Positions 30,660-40,960 of a DNA stretch of 64,000 nt are shown here, one piece after another. Both the position numbers and the translations under genes were made by a program. Source of the stretch: an uncultured delta proteobacterium (GTDB taxonomy: Bacteria > Desulfobacterota > Binatia > Binatales > Binataceae); assembly GCA_963724765.1 (NCBI GenBank), contig CAVRVY010000004.1, positions 1,184,001-1,248,000 on the forward strand, given 5' to 3'. The notes under the pieces are model-generated. The model made no database searches, was not told the origin of the DNA, and saw only the letters and a program-made list of their open reading frames with translations. Numbering within the stretch: the stretch's first letter is position 1; each line of letters begins with the position of its first letter.

Positions 30660-31340
30660 ATGGCGGAAATTGGACTGTTCGAGGCGATGTATTCGGCGCG
30701 GGCGCTCAGGCGCTTCAAGCCTGAGCCGGTGCCCGACGAAATTATAACCAGGATACTCGACGCGGCGATTCGCGCGCCGTCGGGCAGCAACGCGCAGACC
30801 TGGCTGTTCGTCGTAGTCAAGGACGCGGAGAAGCGCCGCCAGCTTGGTGCGATCTATAACAAGGCGTCGCGGATCATAACCAAGCTCTACGCCGAGCGGC
30901 CGCGCGCCAGCCATTTCAGCGACGAACAGTACCGCCGCTTTATGAGCTCGGTGACCTATCTGTTCGACAACATGCACGAGGCGCCGGTGCTGCTGCTCGC
31001 CTGCCTCAAGTCGGCGCCGGCTGGCGCGGCGCCAAGCGCGCTCAGCCCCGAGGTCCAAAGCGCGATGACGAAAGCGGTCGGCACCCAAGGCGCGAGCATC
31101 TATCCCGCCGTGCAGAACATCATCCTGGCATGCCGCGCCCTCGGTTTGGGCACCGTGCTGACCACGATCCATGCCTTCTTCGAGGAGGAGGTCAAAGCGA
31201 TCGTCGGACTGCCACCCGAGGTGGCGACTTTCGCGCTGATGCCGATCGGCTATCCGCGTGACAAGTTTGGACCCGTCCGCCGACTGCCGGTAAACGAGGT
31301 TACCTGCCTCGACAATTACGGAAAGCCCTGGCCCGGCTAG
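30660..31340 (+). CDS. Nitroreductase family protein
   Basis: RALRRF, APSGSNAQTW, QNIILACRALGLG, PIGYP. Confidence 0.9.
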   Translation: MAEIGLFEAMYSARALRRFKPEPVPDEIITRILDAAIRAPSGSNAQTWLFVVVKDAEKRRQLGAIYNKASRIITKLYAERPRASHFSDEQYRRFMSSVTYLFDNMHEAPVLLLACLKSAPAGAAPSALSPEVQSAMTKAVGTQGASIYPAVQNIILACRALGLGTVLTTIHAFFEEEVKAIVGLPPEVATFALMPIGYPRDKFGPVRRLPVNEVTCLDNYGKPWPG

Positions 31341-31379
31341 CCGCGGGACGGCATACCGGGGCTTGAGGCGGGCGCCGCG

Positions 31380-32078
31380 ATGATCCCGCTGCGCGACAAT
31401 GTCGCCCGCCATCGGCTGAGCCCTGTCAACACGCTGCTCATCGCGGCCAACGTCGCGGTGTTCATGTACGAGGTTTCGCTGGGCCACCATCTGGATGCGT
31501 TCGTCACGCGCTACGCGATGGTGCCCGGGCTGCTTGCCCGCGCGCGTCTGGACGGCGCCGTGCTTCTGAACGCTCGTGGCCGCCTGTGGCCGCCGTTTAC
31601 GGTCATCACTTCGATGTTCGTCCATGGCGGCCTGGGCCACGTCGCCGGCAACATGCTCTACCTCTTCATCTTTGGCCCCGCGGTCGAGGAGCGGACCGGT
31701 CCGGCGCATTACTTGTCGTTCTACCTATTGAGCGGTATCGCCTCGGCCACTGCGACGGTGGTGATGGCGCCGCAATCGATGGTGCCGGTGATCGGCGCGA
31801 GCGGCGCGATCGCCGGCGTTCTCGGCGCCTACTTCATCCTCTATCCGCGCGGCAGCATCCTGACCTTCTTCCCGCCGTTCTTTTTCCGTCTTCCGGCGGT
31901 GCTCTACCTGATTGTTTGGTTCGCCGCGCAATTGTTCTCAGGAATAGCCAGCGGAGCGGCGGGCTCATTGATGGGCGGGGTGGCCTGGTGGGCGCACGTC
32001 GGCGGTTTTTTGTTCGGCGTGGCCGTGGGACCGATCGTGGTGCGCGAGCCGGAGCGCCGGCGCGTCGCGCGGCGCTGA
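31380..32078 (+). CDS. Rhomboid intramembrane serine protease
   Basis: SMFVHGG..H..GNM, GASGA, AWWAHVGG. Confidence 0.92.
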   Translation: MIPLRDNVARHRLSPVNTLLIAANVAVFMYEVSLGHHLDAFVTRYAMVPGLLARARLDGAVLLNARGRLWPPFTVITSMFVHGGLGHVAGNMLYLFIFGPAVEERTGPAHYLSFYLLSGIASATATVVMAPQSMVPVIGASGAIAGVLGAYFILYPRGSILTFFPPFFFRLPAVLYLIVWFAAQLFSGIASGAAGSLMGGVAWWAHVGGFLFGVAVGPIVVREPERRRVARR

Positions 32079-32268
32079 TTTTTCCGCGTCTCCATCATTC
32101 ATCTCCGCCGACAGCGGACTGCACTTCCGCCGACGGCGGTCCGCACTGTTGATAGTGTTCACAGTCCTTCGGCATTTGCGCGGATTTGCACGCCGCCTAC
32201 TTGTTCGCCGCCGTCCCATTCCTGATACTTGATTTCTTGGTCACGCGGCGCGGTTTGAGCGGGAGGGG

Positions 32269-33660
32269 TTGGTTGTGGCGGCGGCATCCACGGACGACAT
32301 TCTAAGGCGCGTTCCTCCACAGAATCTCGAGGCCGAGCAATCGGTCCTTGGCGCCATCCTGCTCGAGAACGAAGCCATCAATCAGGCGCTCGAAGTCCTC
32401 AATCCCGACGACTTCTACCGCGAATCGCATCGCGAGATCTTTCGCGTGATGACTGAGCTGTCGGACCGCAGCCAGCCGGTCGACGCGATCACCATGACCG
32501 ACGCGCTGCGCACGCGCGGCAAGCTCGAGGCGATCGGCGGCCCGGCCTACATCGGCGAACTCGCCGCCTGCGTCCCAACCGCTTCCAACGTCGCCCACTA
32601 CGCGCGTATCGTGCGCGAGAAGGCGGTGCTGCGCGCGCTCGCCTCGACCGCCACCGAAATCGCCTCCTCCGCCTACGACACGCCCGCGCGCGTCGACGAG
32701 TTCCTCGACGAGGCCGAGCACAAGATTTTCGAAATCTCCGAGCGCCGCATCCGCGCCTCGTTCCACACGATGCACGAGCTGACGCGCGAGTCGCTCAAGA
32801 TCATCGAGCGGCTCTACGAGCGCAAGGAGATGGTGACCGGAGTGCCGACCGGCTTCACCGACCTCGACCGCATCACCGCGGGCCTGCAACCAGCCGATCT
32901 GATCGTGATTGCCGCACGTCCCTCGATGGGGAAGACGGCGCTCGCGCTCAACATCGCGGCGTACGCGGCGACCGAAGCCGAGCCGCGCCGGGGCGTGGCC
33001 TTCTTCTCGCTGGAAATGTCCAAGGAGCAGCTGGTGCTGCGGCTGTTGTGCTCGGAGGCGCGCGTCGACAGCTCGAAGGCGCGCGCGGGATACCTCGGCG
33101 AGCGCGATTTTCCCAAGCTCGCGGTGGCGGCGGCGCGCCTGGCCGAGGCGCCGATCTTCATCGACGACAGCTCGGACACCTCGGCGATCGTGTTGAAGGC
33201 GAAATGCCGTCGCCTGGCGCGCGATTCCAGCGCCAACCTGGGGCTGATCATCGTCGACTACCTGCAACTGATGCGCGCGGCGCGGCCGGGCGAGTCGCGT
33301 GAAAAGGAGATTGCCGAAATCTCGCGCTCACTCAAGTCACTGGCCAAGGAACTCCGCGTCCCGGTGATCGCGCTTTCGCAGCTCAACCGCCAGGTCGAGA
33401 CGCGCCCCGACCGGCGCCCGCTGCTCGCCGATCTGCGCGAGTCGGGCGCAATCGAGCAGGACGCCGACGTAATCGCGTTTATCTATCGCGACGAGATGTA
33501 CCATCGCGACAGCAAGGAGCCGGGCGTAGCCGAGGTGATCGTCGCCAAGCAGCGCAACGGACCCACCGACACCGCCAAGCTGACTTACATCAGCCAGTTC
33601 ACCCGCTTCGAGAATTACGCTCCCGAGGCCGGTTACTTCGAGGGCGCCGAAGAGCGTTAG
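32269..33660 (+). CDS. dnaB: Replicative DNA helicase
   Basis: PPQNLEAEQSVLG, ARPSMGKT, FSLEMS, DYLQLM, LSQLNR, DLRESGAIEQDAD, KQRNGP. Confidence 0.97.
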   Translation: MVVAAASTDDILRRVPPQNLEAEQSVLGAILLENEAINQALEVLNPDDFYRESHREIFRVMTELSDRSQPVDAITMTDALRTRGKLEAIGGPAYIGELAACVPTASNVAHYARIVREKAVLRALASTATEIASSAYDTPARVDEFLDEAEHKIFEISERRIRASFHTMHELTRESLKIIERLYERKEMVTGVPTGFTDLDRITAGLQPADLIVIAARPSMGKTALALNIAAYAATEAEPRRGVAFFSLEMSKEQLVLRLLCSEARVDSSKARAGYLGERDFPKLAVAAARLAEAPIFIDDSSDTSAIVLKAKCRRLARDSSANLGLIIVDYLQLMRAARPGESREKEIAEISRSLKSLAKELRVPVIALSQLNRQVETRPDRRPLLADLRESGAIEQDADVIAFIYRDEMYHRDSKEPGVAEVIVAKQRNGPTDTAKLTYISQFTRFENYAPEAGYFEGAEER

Positions 33661-34024
33661 CGGCGCATCGTCCGCGCGTAATTGATCCCATTTCGCTCAT
33701 TTCAGATCGATCCCACTATAAATTTTCGTCGATTTTTCGCACAGATTCTGATCGGAGCCCAGAATCACCTCTGAAATGGAGCGCGAATGCGTCAGAACAA
33801 TAGGTCCCTCTATTCGCCCAACTCGGGAATCCGAGCGAGGAGCGAACAATCTTGGCATCGATAAGCATACCCGGGGCAGGACCAAGCGACTTTAGCCCAA
33901 TATATCTTTAGCATCGGAGGAGAGTTCGCTGGCGAGTTCTGCCTATATTCAGGCTAAATCGACTTCACTCTCGCTGCGATTATTAATATAACAACTCCGG
34001 AGCTACATTCTGTAGAAGGTTTTT

Positions 34025-34312
34025 GTGAGTCGCCACGTCAGCGCGATTTTGTACTTGCCATTGTCTCAGGAAGAGTGGCGGAGCGCCGTACGGTCATTCG
34101 TTGGTGCCGAGAAACGGAACACCTTCGCAGTCGAAGTCAGTCTAGCGACACCTGGCGGTAGCACTATCGCGCTCGATTCGTGGATGAGTGGTGCGCGTAC
34201 TGCCACGGATCTAGCGGAAGGAATAACAGACTGGATTGAGTTGCGATGTGAAAGTGGTAGCGCAGGAGACCTTGAAGCGAAGATTTCAGTGTGGACGGAC
34301 ACTTCCAGATGA
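34025..34312 (+). CDS. Hypothetical protein in an AT-richer intergenic patch
   Basis: 95-aa ORF only; no family recognised. Confidence 0.25.
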   Translation: MSRHVSAILYLPLSQEEWRSAVRSFVGAEKRNTFAVEVSLATPGGSTIALDSWMSGARTATDLAEGITDWIELRCESGSAGDLEAKISVWTDTSR

Positions 34313-34747
34313 ACCGCTTCTTCTTGGTCCTGTCGGGCACGAAGCGATTAGGCTCTCGCGCTGCTAAACCTTGGCCCGATGAGCGTGCCAGGGTTCTCCC
34401 TCGACGTGGTTAAACCGCTGTAGAGACTCGCCTCCATTTCACCATTGTAGCTCTTATCGGTAAGGTCATTTTGAGTTGCGCGAAGCACCATCGCGCCTTA
34501 CCCGACCTGTGTCTCGCCGGAGTCATGGTTCGCGATGGCAACGCCTGGCGGCTTCAGGTGTGAGCGGGTGCCACGCCAGCGCGTGCCCGCGCTGCCAAAA
34601 AAATTGCCTCAAGTCTGTATCGATGGACTAGTGAAAGTGAAAATCGGGCTTCGGCCTGAGCAAGAGAGAAATCGGTAGCGAAGACAGTTAAACGGTTCTG
34701 AGTTTTGATTAAGCTGTCGATAGATTCAGTTCCGTCAGAGGAGATCC

Positions 34748-35932
34748 ATGCCTGACTCGGATGAAAGCGCATCCCGAACGCTCGATGCCGCGCGCGAGCT
34801 TGGTCCCAAAATCCGTGCAGCGGCGGACGAAATCGAACAAGGACGGCGGTTGCCGATGCACCTGGTGCGTGAGATGCAACGGGCAGGCGTGTTTCGAATG
34901 GCGATGCCTCGGGCGTGGGGTGGGCCGGAGTTGGACTTTCTTACGCAGGTGCGCGTGATTGAGGCGCTGTCGATCGCCGACGCGTCCGCTGGCTGGTGCA
35001 CCATGATCGGCATCGACGGCGGTTACATGACCGCCTTCATCGATCAGACCGTTGCCCGCGAAATGTATTCTAACCTCGATTCGGTGACGGCAGTTACGTT
35101 TGCCCCGCCCGGCAAGGCGGTGAAAACGAAGGACGGATTCGTCGTTAGCGGTAGATGGCCGTTCGGTAGCGGCTGTCAGCACGCGACCTGGCTGATCGGC
35201 CATTTCCTGGTCTTTGACGGCGATTCTCCGCGCCTCCAGCCCAACGGCCTTCCGGAAACCCGCTTCGGCTTTCTGCCGTCCGAGGAAGGCGAGATCCTCG
35301 ATACATGGAACACCAATGGCTTGCGCGGAAGCGGCAGTCACGACTGGGCGGTCAAGGATCGTTTTATCCCGGAGGAACGGACTTTCAATTTGGCGGCACC
35401 GACCCTGTATCGGCACGGGCCGCTCTACGCGCTCCCAAATCTGTTGCTGTACAAGACGTGCGCGGTCGCTTTGGGAATTGCCCGCGGAGCGATCGACGAC
35501 TTCGTCGCATTAGCTTCAAACAAGCCGGCAACTTTCAAATCTCCGTCGGCAAACAAGGCAATGCTGCGCGATGAAACCTACGTCCAGTGCGCGGTCGCGC
35601 AGGCCGAAGCGTCGGTAAGCTCCGCACGCGGCTTTGTCTTTGAAGCGTTCGGCGACATGTGGAACACGCTGGTGACCGGCGATCTCCCTTCGCTCAAGCA
35701 GCGGGCCCGCGGCAGGCTCGCGATGGTTCATGCGAGCGCCGCATGCCTTCAGGCGGTTGAACTCCTCTACAAAGCCAACGGGGGAGCATCCGTTTATAGC
35801 GGCAACCTCTTCGATCGCCGCCTGCGTGATATGCAGACCGCCAACCAGCATACTGTCGTGTCGCTCAAGACCTGGGAAGTGACCGGCCGCGTGCTGCTCG
35901 GGCTGGAGCATAACTACGGCTTGTTGTTCTGA
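34748..35932 (+). CDS. Flavin-dependent hydroxylase oxygenase subunit (ACAD fold, HsaA/HpaH-like)
   Basis: GRWPFGSGC, DTWNTNGLRGSGSHD, RRLRD...ANQH; GAGGAG RBS. Confidence 0.85.
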   Translation: MPDSDESASRTLDAARELGPKIRAAADEIEQGRRLPMHLVREMQRAGVFRMAMPRAWGGPELDFLTQVRVIEALSIADASAGWCTMIGIDGGYMTAFIDQTVAREMYSNLDSVTAVTFAPPGKAVKTKDGFVVSGRWPFGSGCQHATWLIGHFLVFDGDSPRLQPNGLPETRFGFLPSEEGEILDTWNTNGLRGSGSHDWAVKDRFIPEERTFNLAAPTLYRHGPLYALPNLLLYKTCAVALGIARGAIDDFVALASNKPATFKSPSANKAMLRDETYVQCAVAQAEASVSSARGFVFEAFGDMWNTLVTGDLPSLKQRARGRLAMVHASAACLQAVELLYKANGGASVYSGNLFDRRLRDMQTANQHTVVSLKTWEVTGRVLLGLEHNYGLLF

Positions 35933-36029
35933 TCCGGCTTGAACCTATTCGCGGCGGGTGACTTCTGCGCGAATTTTCGCTATTGCCGTCGCTTAGCGTG
36001 AGATCGCAAGCCCGAGGAGCAGACTCCTG

Positions 36030-36392
36030 ATGGCCGACATAGACGGCGCCCCAGCCGACCGCGACCAGATTGCCTTTGCCAGGTGGGACAGGCGGATGCG
36101 CGAATCGATCCGGCCGCTGCTCACCAAAAAAATTATCGCCGAGCACAAGCGCGACCCGGTAGGCATTCACAGCGACGCGCTTGACCGCGTACTCACCTAC
36201 TTCCGCCGTCCCAATCTGCTGGGCCGTTACGTAATCGTCTGCACGCGGCCGTTCAAACAATGGCGCGTCGCGCGGATAACCGGCGCTCGCGGACAGGCGC
36301 CGGAGTTCATTGACGACCGCACCTACAACTCGGAAGCCAAAGCGGCGCATGCCGTGTTCCTGATGCGCGTCGAACAGACGATGCGCGACTAG
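36030..36392 (+). CDS. dmfA1: N,N-dimethylformamidase small subunit-like protein
   Basis: EHKRDPVG.HS..L.RVL.YFRR, AHAVFL.R; directly upstream of the large subunit. Confidence 0.75.
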   Translation: MADIDGAPADRDQIAFARWDRRMRESIRPLLTKKIIAEHKRDPVGIHSDALDRVLTYFRRPNLLGRYVIVCTRPFKQWRVARITGARGQAPEFIDDRTYNSEAKAAHAVFLMRVEQTMRD

Positions 36393-36432
36393 CAACCCTT
36401 CCGCAACCGCGGCCCGCACGGAGATCACCGCG

Positions 36433-38715
36433 ATGGCAAAGAGCTATATCCACGGATACAGCGACCAGATTAGCGTCAAGCCCGGCGAACGCATCCGCTT
36501 CATGGTGAGCGTCGAGGGCGCCACGCGCTATCGCGCCGAGATCGTCCGTCTGATCAACGGCGACGCCAATCCCGCCGGGCCCGGCCCCAAGGAGGAAACG
36601 ATCGCGTCGCCGGTCAACGGCGAATATCCCGGACGGCTGCAGCCGACTTATGCCGGCTCGCATATCGTGGTGGACGATCCGAACGGGCTCCTGAATATCG
36701 GACAGTCGATCACGGTTCACGCGTTCATCATGCCGACGACGCCGGCCAAGGGTGTCCAGGGAATCATCACACACTGCGATCCGGAGCGGCGGATGGGCTG
36801 GGCGCTGGTGATCGACGAGCACGAGCGGCTCGCGTTGTGGCTGGGAGATGGCGCGGGGAATCTGGTGCAAGCCGCCGCCCCGGAGCCTTTGCGCGCCGGC
36901 GTGTGGTATTCGGCTGGCGCGAGCTTCGACGGCGCCACCGGGCGCGCGATCGTGCATCTGGGGCCGGTCCTCAACGCGGTCAATTCGCTGGTTGGGCGGG
37001 TCGCGATGCTGCCGCCCGCGGTCATGCACGCGATCACCGCCGAGCCGGTCAATTTCCATTCGCAATCGCCGGCCGTGATCGCGGGATGGGCCGCCGGGAC
37101 GACGGCTTCAGGAGCCATCATCGCCGGCGGCCACTACAACGGCAAGATCGATCGTCCGCGCGTCTATGGCCATGCGCTCGGCGGGGCGCAACTGGACGAA
37201 CTCGCCTCAGGCCGCGAGCCGGACAGCCGCGGACTGGTTGCACGATGGGACTTCGCTGATGGTATCGGTCCCGGCGGCATCGCGACCGACCGCGTCACCG
37301 ACGCCTCCGGCAACGATCTGCACGGACGCTGCGTCAACGCGCCGGCGCGCGCGATGACCGGCCATAACTGGAGCGGCCGCGAGGAACATTTCATCCACGC
37401 CCCCGCCGAGTATGGCGCAATTCATTTCCACGACGACGACCTCGAGGACGCCGGCTGGGAAATGGACTTCGAGCTGACGGTTCCTGATACGATGCGCTCC
37501 GACGTTTACGCGGCGCGGGTCAGCGTCGGCGACGCGCTCGATTACATCCCGTTCATCGTACGCGCGCCGGCCGGCGGTCCTACCGCGAAGATCGCGTTCC
37601 TGGTCCCAACCGCCTCCTATCTGGCCTACTCCAACGAGCATCTGAGCTTCGGCCAGGGCACGCAAGCGATCGTCGGCCACACCACGCTGCTGGGGTCCGA
37701 GGACATCTACTTGTACGAACATCCGGAATTAGGGCTCTCCACTTACGACCATCATTCCGATGGCAGCGGCGTATGCTACGTGTCGCGGCTGCGTCCGATT
37801 CTCAACATGCGCCCGCATCATCGGTTCGGCGGAACGCTGTGGGGCCTCGCGGCCGATCTTCACCTGGTCGACTGGCTAAACGCCAAGGGCTTCCGTTACG
37901 ACGTCATTACCGACGAGGACCTGCATCGCGAGGGCGCCGCGCTGCTCCGCGATTACAACGTCGTGCTTACCGGATCGCATCCCGAGTACTACTCATCCGC
38001 GATGCTCGACGCGATGGAGACCTATCTCACCTCGGGCGGGCGGCTGATGTATCTCGGCGGCAACGGTTTCTATTGGGTAACGTCGTATCATCCCGACAAG
38101 CCGTACCTGGTCGAAGTGCGCAAGGCCGAGGGCGGATCGCGCGCATGGCAGGCGCGGCCCGGTGAGTACTTCCACAGCACCACCGGCGAGCGCGGCGGAG
38201 TGTGGCGCAACCGCGCCCGCGCGCCGCAAAAGCTGGTGGGCGTCGGTTTCGCGGCGCAGGGTTTCGATCGCTCGTCGTATTTCCGCCGCATGCCGGACAG
38301 CCTGGATGCAAACGCGAGCTTCATTTTCGCCGGAGTCGGCGAAGACGAGCTGCTAGGCAACTTCGGGCTGGTTGGCGGCGGCGCCGCGGGACACGAACTC
38401 GATCGCTACGACCTGACGCTCGGCACGCCGCCCAACGCGATGCTGGTCGCGACCTCGGAAGGGCACAGCGACAACTATCTGCGCGTGGTCGAGGAGGTTT
38501 TTTTCAACTATCCGGGATCGGGCGGCAGACAGGATCCCGGCGTGCGCGGCGATATCGTGTACCTCCCCACGGCGGGCGGCGGCGCGGTCTTTTCGGCCAG
38601 CTCGATCGCCTGGTGCGGAAGTCTCTCGCACAACAACTACGAGAACAACATCTCGCGCATCACGGCCAACGTGCTCGAGCGCTTCGCGAGCGCCGAGCGT
38701 TTGCCCGGCGCGTGA
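36433..38715 (+). CDS. dmfA2: N,N-dimethylformamidase large subunit-like protein
   Basis: LamG-like N-terminal region, PTASYLAYSNEH, GLSTYD.H.DGSG, TGSHPEY, LMYLGGNGFYW, GHELDR. Confidence 0.88.
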   Translation: MAKSYIHGYSDQISVKPGERIRFMVSVEGATRYRAEIVRLINGDANPAGPGPKEETIASPVNGEYPGRLQPTYAGSHIVVDDPNGLLNIGQSITVHAFIMPTTPAKGVQGIITHCDPERRMGWALVIDEHERLALWLGDGAGNLVQAAAPEPLRAGVWYSAGASFDGATGRAIVHLGPVLNAVNSLVGRVAMLPPAVMHAITAEPVNFHSQSPAVIAGWAAGTTASGAIIAGGHYNGKIDRPRVYGHALGGAQLDELASGREPDSRGLVARWDFADGIGPGGIATDRVTDASGNDLHGRCVNAPARAMTGHNWSGREEHFIHAPAEYGAIHFHDDDLEDAGWEMDFELTVPDTMRSDVYAARVSVGDALDYIPFIVRAPAGGPTAKIAFLVPTASYLAYSNEHLSFGQGTQAIVGHTTLLGSEDIYLYEHPELGLSTYDHHSDGSGVCYVSRLRPILNMRPHHRFGGTLWGLAADLHLVDWLNAKGFRYDVITDEDLHREGAALLRDYNVVLTGSHPEYYSSAMLDAMETYLTSGGRLMYLGGNGFYWVTSYHPDKPYLVEVRKAEGGSRAWQARPGEYFHSTTGERGGVWRNRARAPQKLVGVGFAAQGFDRSSYFRRMPDSLDANASFIFAGVGEDELLGNFGLVGGGAAGHELDRYDLTLGTPPNAMLVATSEGHSDNYLRVVEEVFFNYPGSGGRQDPGVRGDIVYLPTAGGGAVFSASSIAWCGSLSHNNYENNISRITANVLERFASAERLPGA

Positions 38716-38736
38716 CGCGCCCCACGCACGGGCGCG

Positions 38737-40047
38737 CTAAGTGCGCGAGGCGAAACAGTCGAGACCGCCGGTGAACTCGGCCATCCGGAACACGTCGGGC
38801 AGTATCTTCTCGAGGAACTCGCGGTCGAAATCGATCCCGTTGGCGCGCAGGTAGGGTTCGGCTTCGTCGACGATCATCTTCCAGTCATCGAGCAGCCGCA
38901 GCCGCTTGAAGACGTCATTGTGCGGCGCCGCGCCAAGCGCCTCAACCAGCAGATCGGTGTAGTTGAGCACGCGGAAACCGCCCTCGCCCTCGGCGCGCAC
39001 GAATGAGGCGTGGCAGTTGTGGTAAAAAGTGACGAGCACGTCGGCGCCCGTCTCACGCACGCGATCGATCAACTGCGCGTGCTCTTTCTTCATCATCTCC
39101 GGCGCGCGCGCGCATCCCGAACCGCCGCAGGTGTAACCCGACTCGAGCACCGTGTCGACCAACTCGAGCTCCGGAATCGCCGCCAGCACGCGCGCCACGT
39201 TCGCTCCCAAATCGGCCAGGCCGACGTGCACGTGCAAAACCGCCTTGAGCGGCAGTGGCCGAACGAACTTGCCGCGCAACTCGTCGAGATGGTCGGAGAG
39301 GTAGGTGGTGAAATGGCCAAACTCGAAACTGGTCGATTGAAACCCGGCCAGCGTCTCGCCGATATGCAGGTTGCACGACGGACACCAGCTCAGCACCTTC
39401 TCGGGGCTCAGCCCCTCAAAGCGCGTGAGTGTCGCGTTGATCATCCGCTCGCCCTTGCCCAGTTCGCCTTCCCATTTCGACTGCACGATTCCGCAGCACG
39501 AACCCGGCCCGCCGACAACCTCGTAGTCGGCGCCCAACGCATCGAGCACGTACATCGCATTGAAAAGAAGATGAGGTGTGCGAAGCGCGTTGCATCCGAG
39601 GTAGAAGACAATCTCCGCCTGCCTGCGGCGCGGCGGATTGAGTACGCGCGCGAACTCGGCCGGCAGCAACTGCATCCCGGCCATCAGCCGGATGGCGCGC
39701 GACATCTTGCGGAAGAGTTGCGGCGTCTGGGTGCGCTCGCCCGAATGCATCGTGTTGGCCAGCACCAGCATCTTGCGCGGGTTGACGCCCTCGGGACAGG
39801 CAGGAATGCATTCACCGCATCCGTTACAGGCGTGCGCGAAGGTCGCCGAGGCGCCGGCAAGCGGCGCGCGATGGGCGAGGAAATCGACCACGCCGTGCGC
39901 GACCGCCTTGGGATCGGCATCCTTAAGACCGGCGTAGGAAACGACCGGGCACACTTCGACGCACTTGCCGCATGCGGTACAGGCACCGAGCACTTTGGCG
40001 ATTTCAGAATCGAAGTAGCTCGCCAGTGCTTGCCCCTGAGTGGCCAT
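38737..40047 (-). CDS. Fe-S oxidoreductase with two 4Fe-4S motifs and CCG domains (GlcF/HdrD-like)
   Basis: CTACGKCVEVCP, CNGCGECIPACP, SCCG, CPSC. Confidence 0.82.
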   Translation of the reverse strand: MATQGQALASYFDSEIAKVLGACTACGKCVEVCPVVSYAGLKDADPKAVAHGVVDFLAHRAPLAGASATFAHACNGCGECIPACPEGVNPRKMLVLANTMHSGERTQTPQLFRKMSRAIRLMAGMQLLPAEFARVLNPPRRRQAEIVFYLGCNALRTPHLLFNAMYVLDALGADYEVVGGPGSCCGIVQSKWEGELGKGERMINATLTRFEGLSPEKVLSWCPSCNLHIGETLAGFQSTSFEFGHFTTYLSDHLDELRGKFVRPLPLKAVLHVHVGLADLGANVARVLAAIPELELVDTVLESGYTCGGSGCARAPEMMKKEHAQLIDRVRETGADVLVTFYHNCHASFVRAEGEGGFRVLNYTDLLVEALGAAPHNDVFKRLRLLDDWKMIVDEAEPYLRANGIDFDREFLEKILPDVFRMAEFTGGLDCFASRT

Positions 40048-40355
40048 CGAGGACCCCTTTGCCAATTCACCGGCAGTCGGCAAAGGTGCGCCGGCTTCGC
40101 AGCCACCCATCCGCCTTACGCCAGCGTGACGCGTATACCGTGAAGCTATTACGGTACGCGATGGCCCGTCAATTCGCGTGCCAAACGCTGTGCAAAACCG
40201 GACCTGCGACTCGTAAGCGCGACTCATGCACCTATTCTTCGATCAAAAAGGCTTTAAAACATTGAGCTTTTCGAACCGGATGGTGCTACGCGGTCAACCC
40301 ATATAAGATGATGTTCGATCGAAAGTCTTACATCTAAAGAGGGCTGTCGAAACGA

Positions 40356-40610
40356 ATGCCTAGAGTCTATTTCGATAATCTGGCGAATGCGGTCACGCGC
40401 GACGACGTCGAGGAGTATTTTTCCCGCGCCGGCAAGGTCCGCGGCGTACTGGTGGTTACCGACAAGGCGTCGGGAAAATCACGCGGCTTTGGTTGCGTTG
40501 ATATGGAAAAGCTCGACGACGCGCTCCACGCGATCAAATGGCTCAACCACGCCGACCTCAAAGGCAAGCGGATTCGAATTCATCCCGGGCCGTTACGGGA
40601 GCAGAACTAA
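40356..40610 (+). CDS. RRM RNA-binding protein
   Basis: RNP2 VYFDNL, RNP1 SRGFGCVDM. Confidence 0.85.
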   Translation: MPRVYFDNLANAVTRDDVEEYFSRAGKVRGVLVVTDKASGKSRGFGCVDMEKLDDALHAIKWLNHADLKGKRIRIHPGPLREQN

Positions 40611-40666
40611 TCACCAATTGGCCGAGACCAGGCTGAGGCGATTCGAGCAAGCAACATTGGAGGACA

Positions 40667-40948
40667 ATGCAGACACAAAAAGGTAGAAACCCCTGGGACA
40701 GTCACGACTGGAAAGTAAAGACTCTGGAATCGCTGACACCGGGCGGTGGATCGCGGTTGGGATTTACCTGCAGGAGTTGCGGACGGAAGTTCGGCCACAT
40801 GACCATCAACCATCGTACGTGGGCGGTGAACGACGAGGGGCTGAGCCTCTCCGATGAAATTACTTCACGATGGATGGTGCAGTGGTGTCTCGGTCACTCG
40901 ATCGAAACTGACGACGAAGATCGTAAGAGCGTGAAGCACCCCCACTAG
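40667..40948 (+). CDS. Small hypothetical protein, possible Zn-binding
   Basis: GGAGGA RBS; HDW...CRSC...WC. Confidence 0.55.
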   Translation: MQTQKGRNPWDSHDWKVKTLESLTPGGGSRLGFTCRSCGRKFGHMTINHRTWAVNDEGLSLSDEITSRWMVQWCLGHSIETDDEDRKSVKHPH

Positions 40949-40960
40949 CACCATCGGACG

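Noticed and set aside
32079-32268. oriC next to dnaB
   Set aside because: Too short, no perfect DnaA boxes or AT-rich unwinding element, no dnaA or dnaN
40168-40183. Sigma-54 promoter on the minus strand (TGGCACG-N4-TTGA)
   Set aside because: The -12 GC is GA; not enough support
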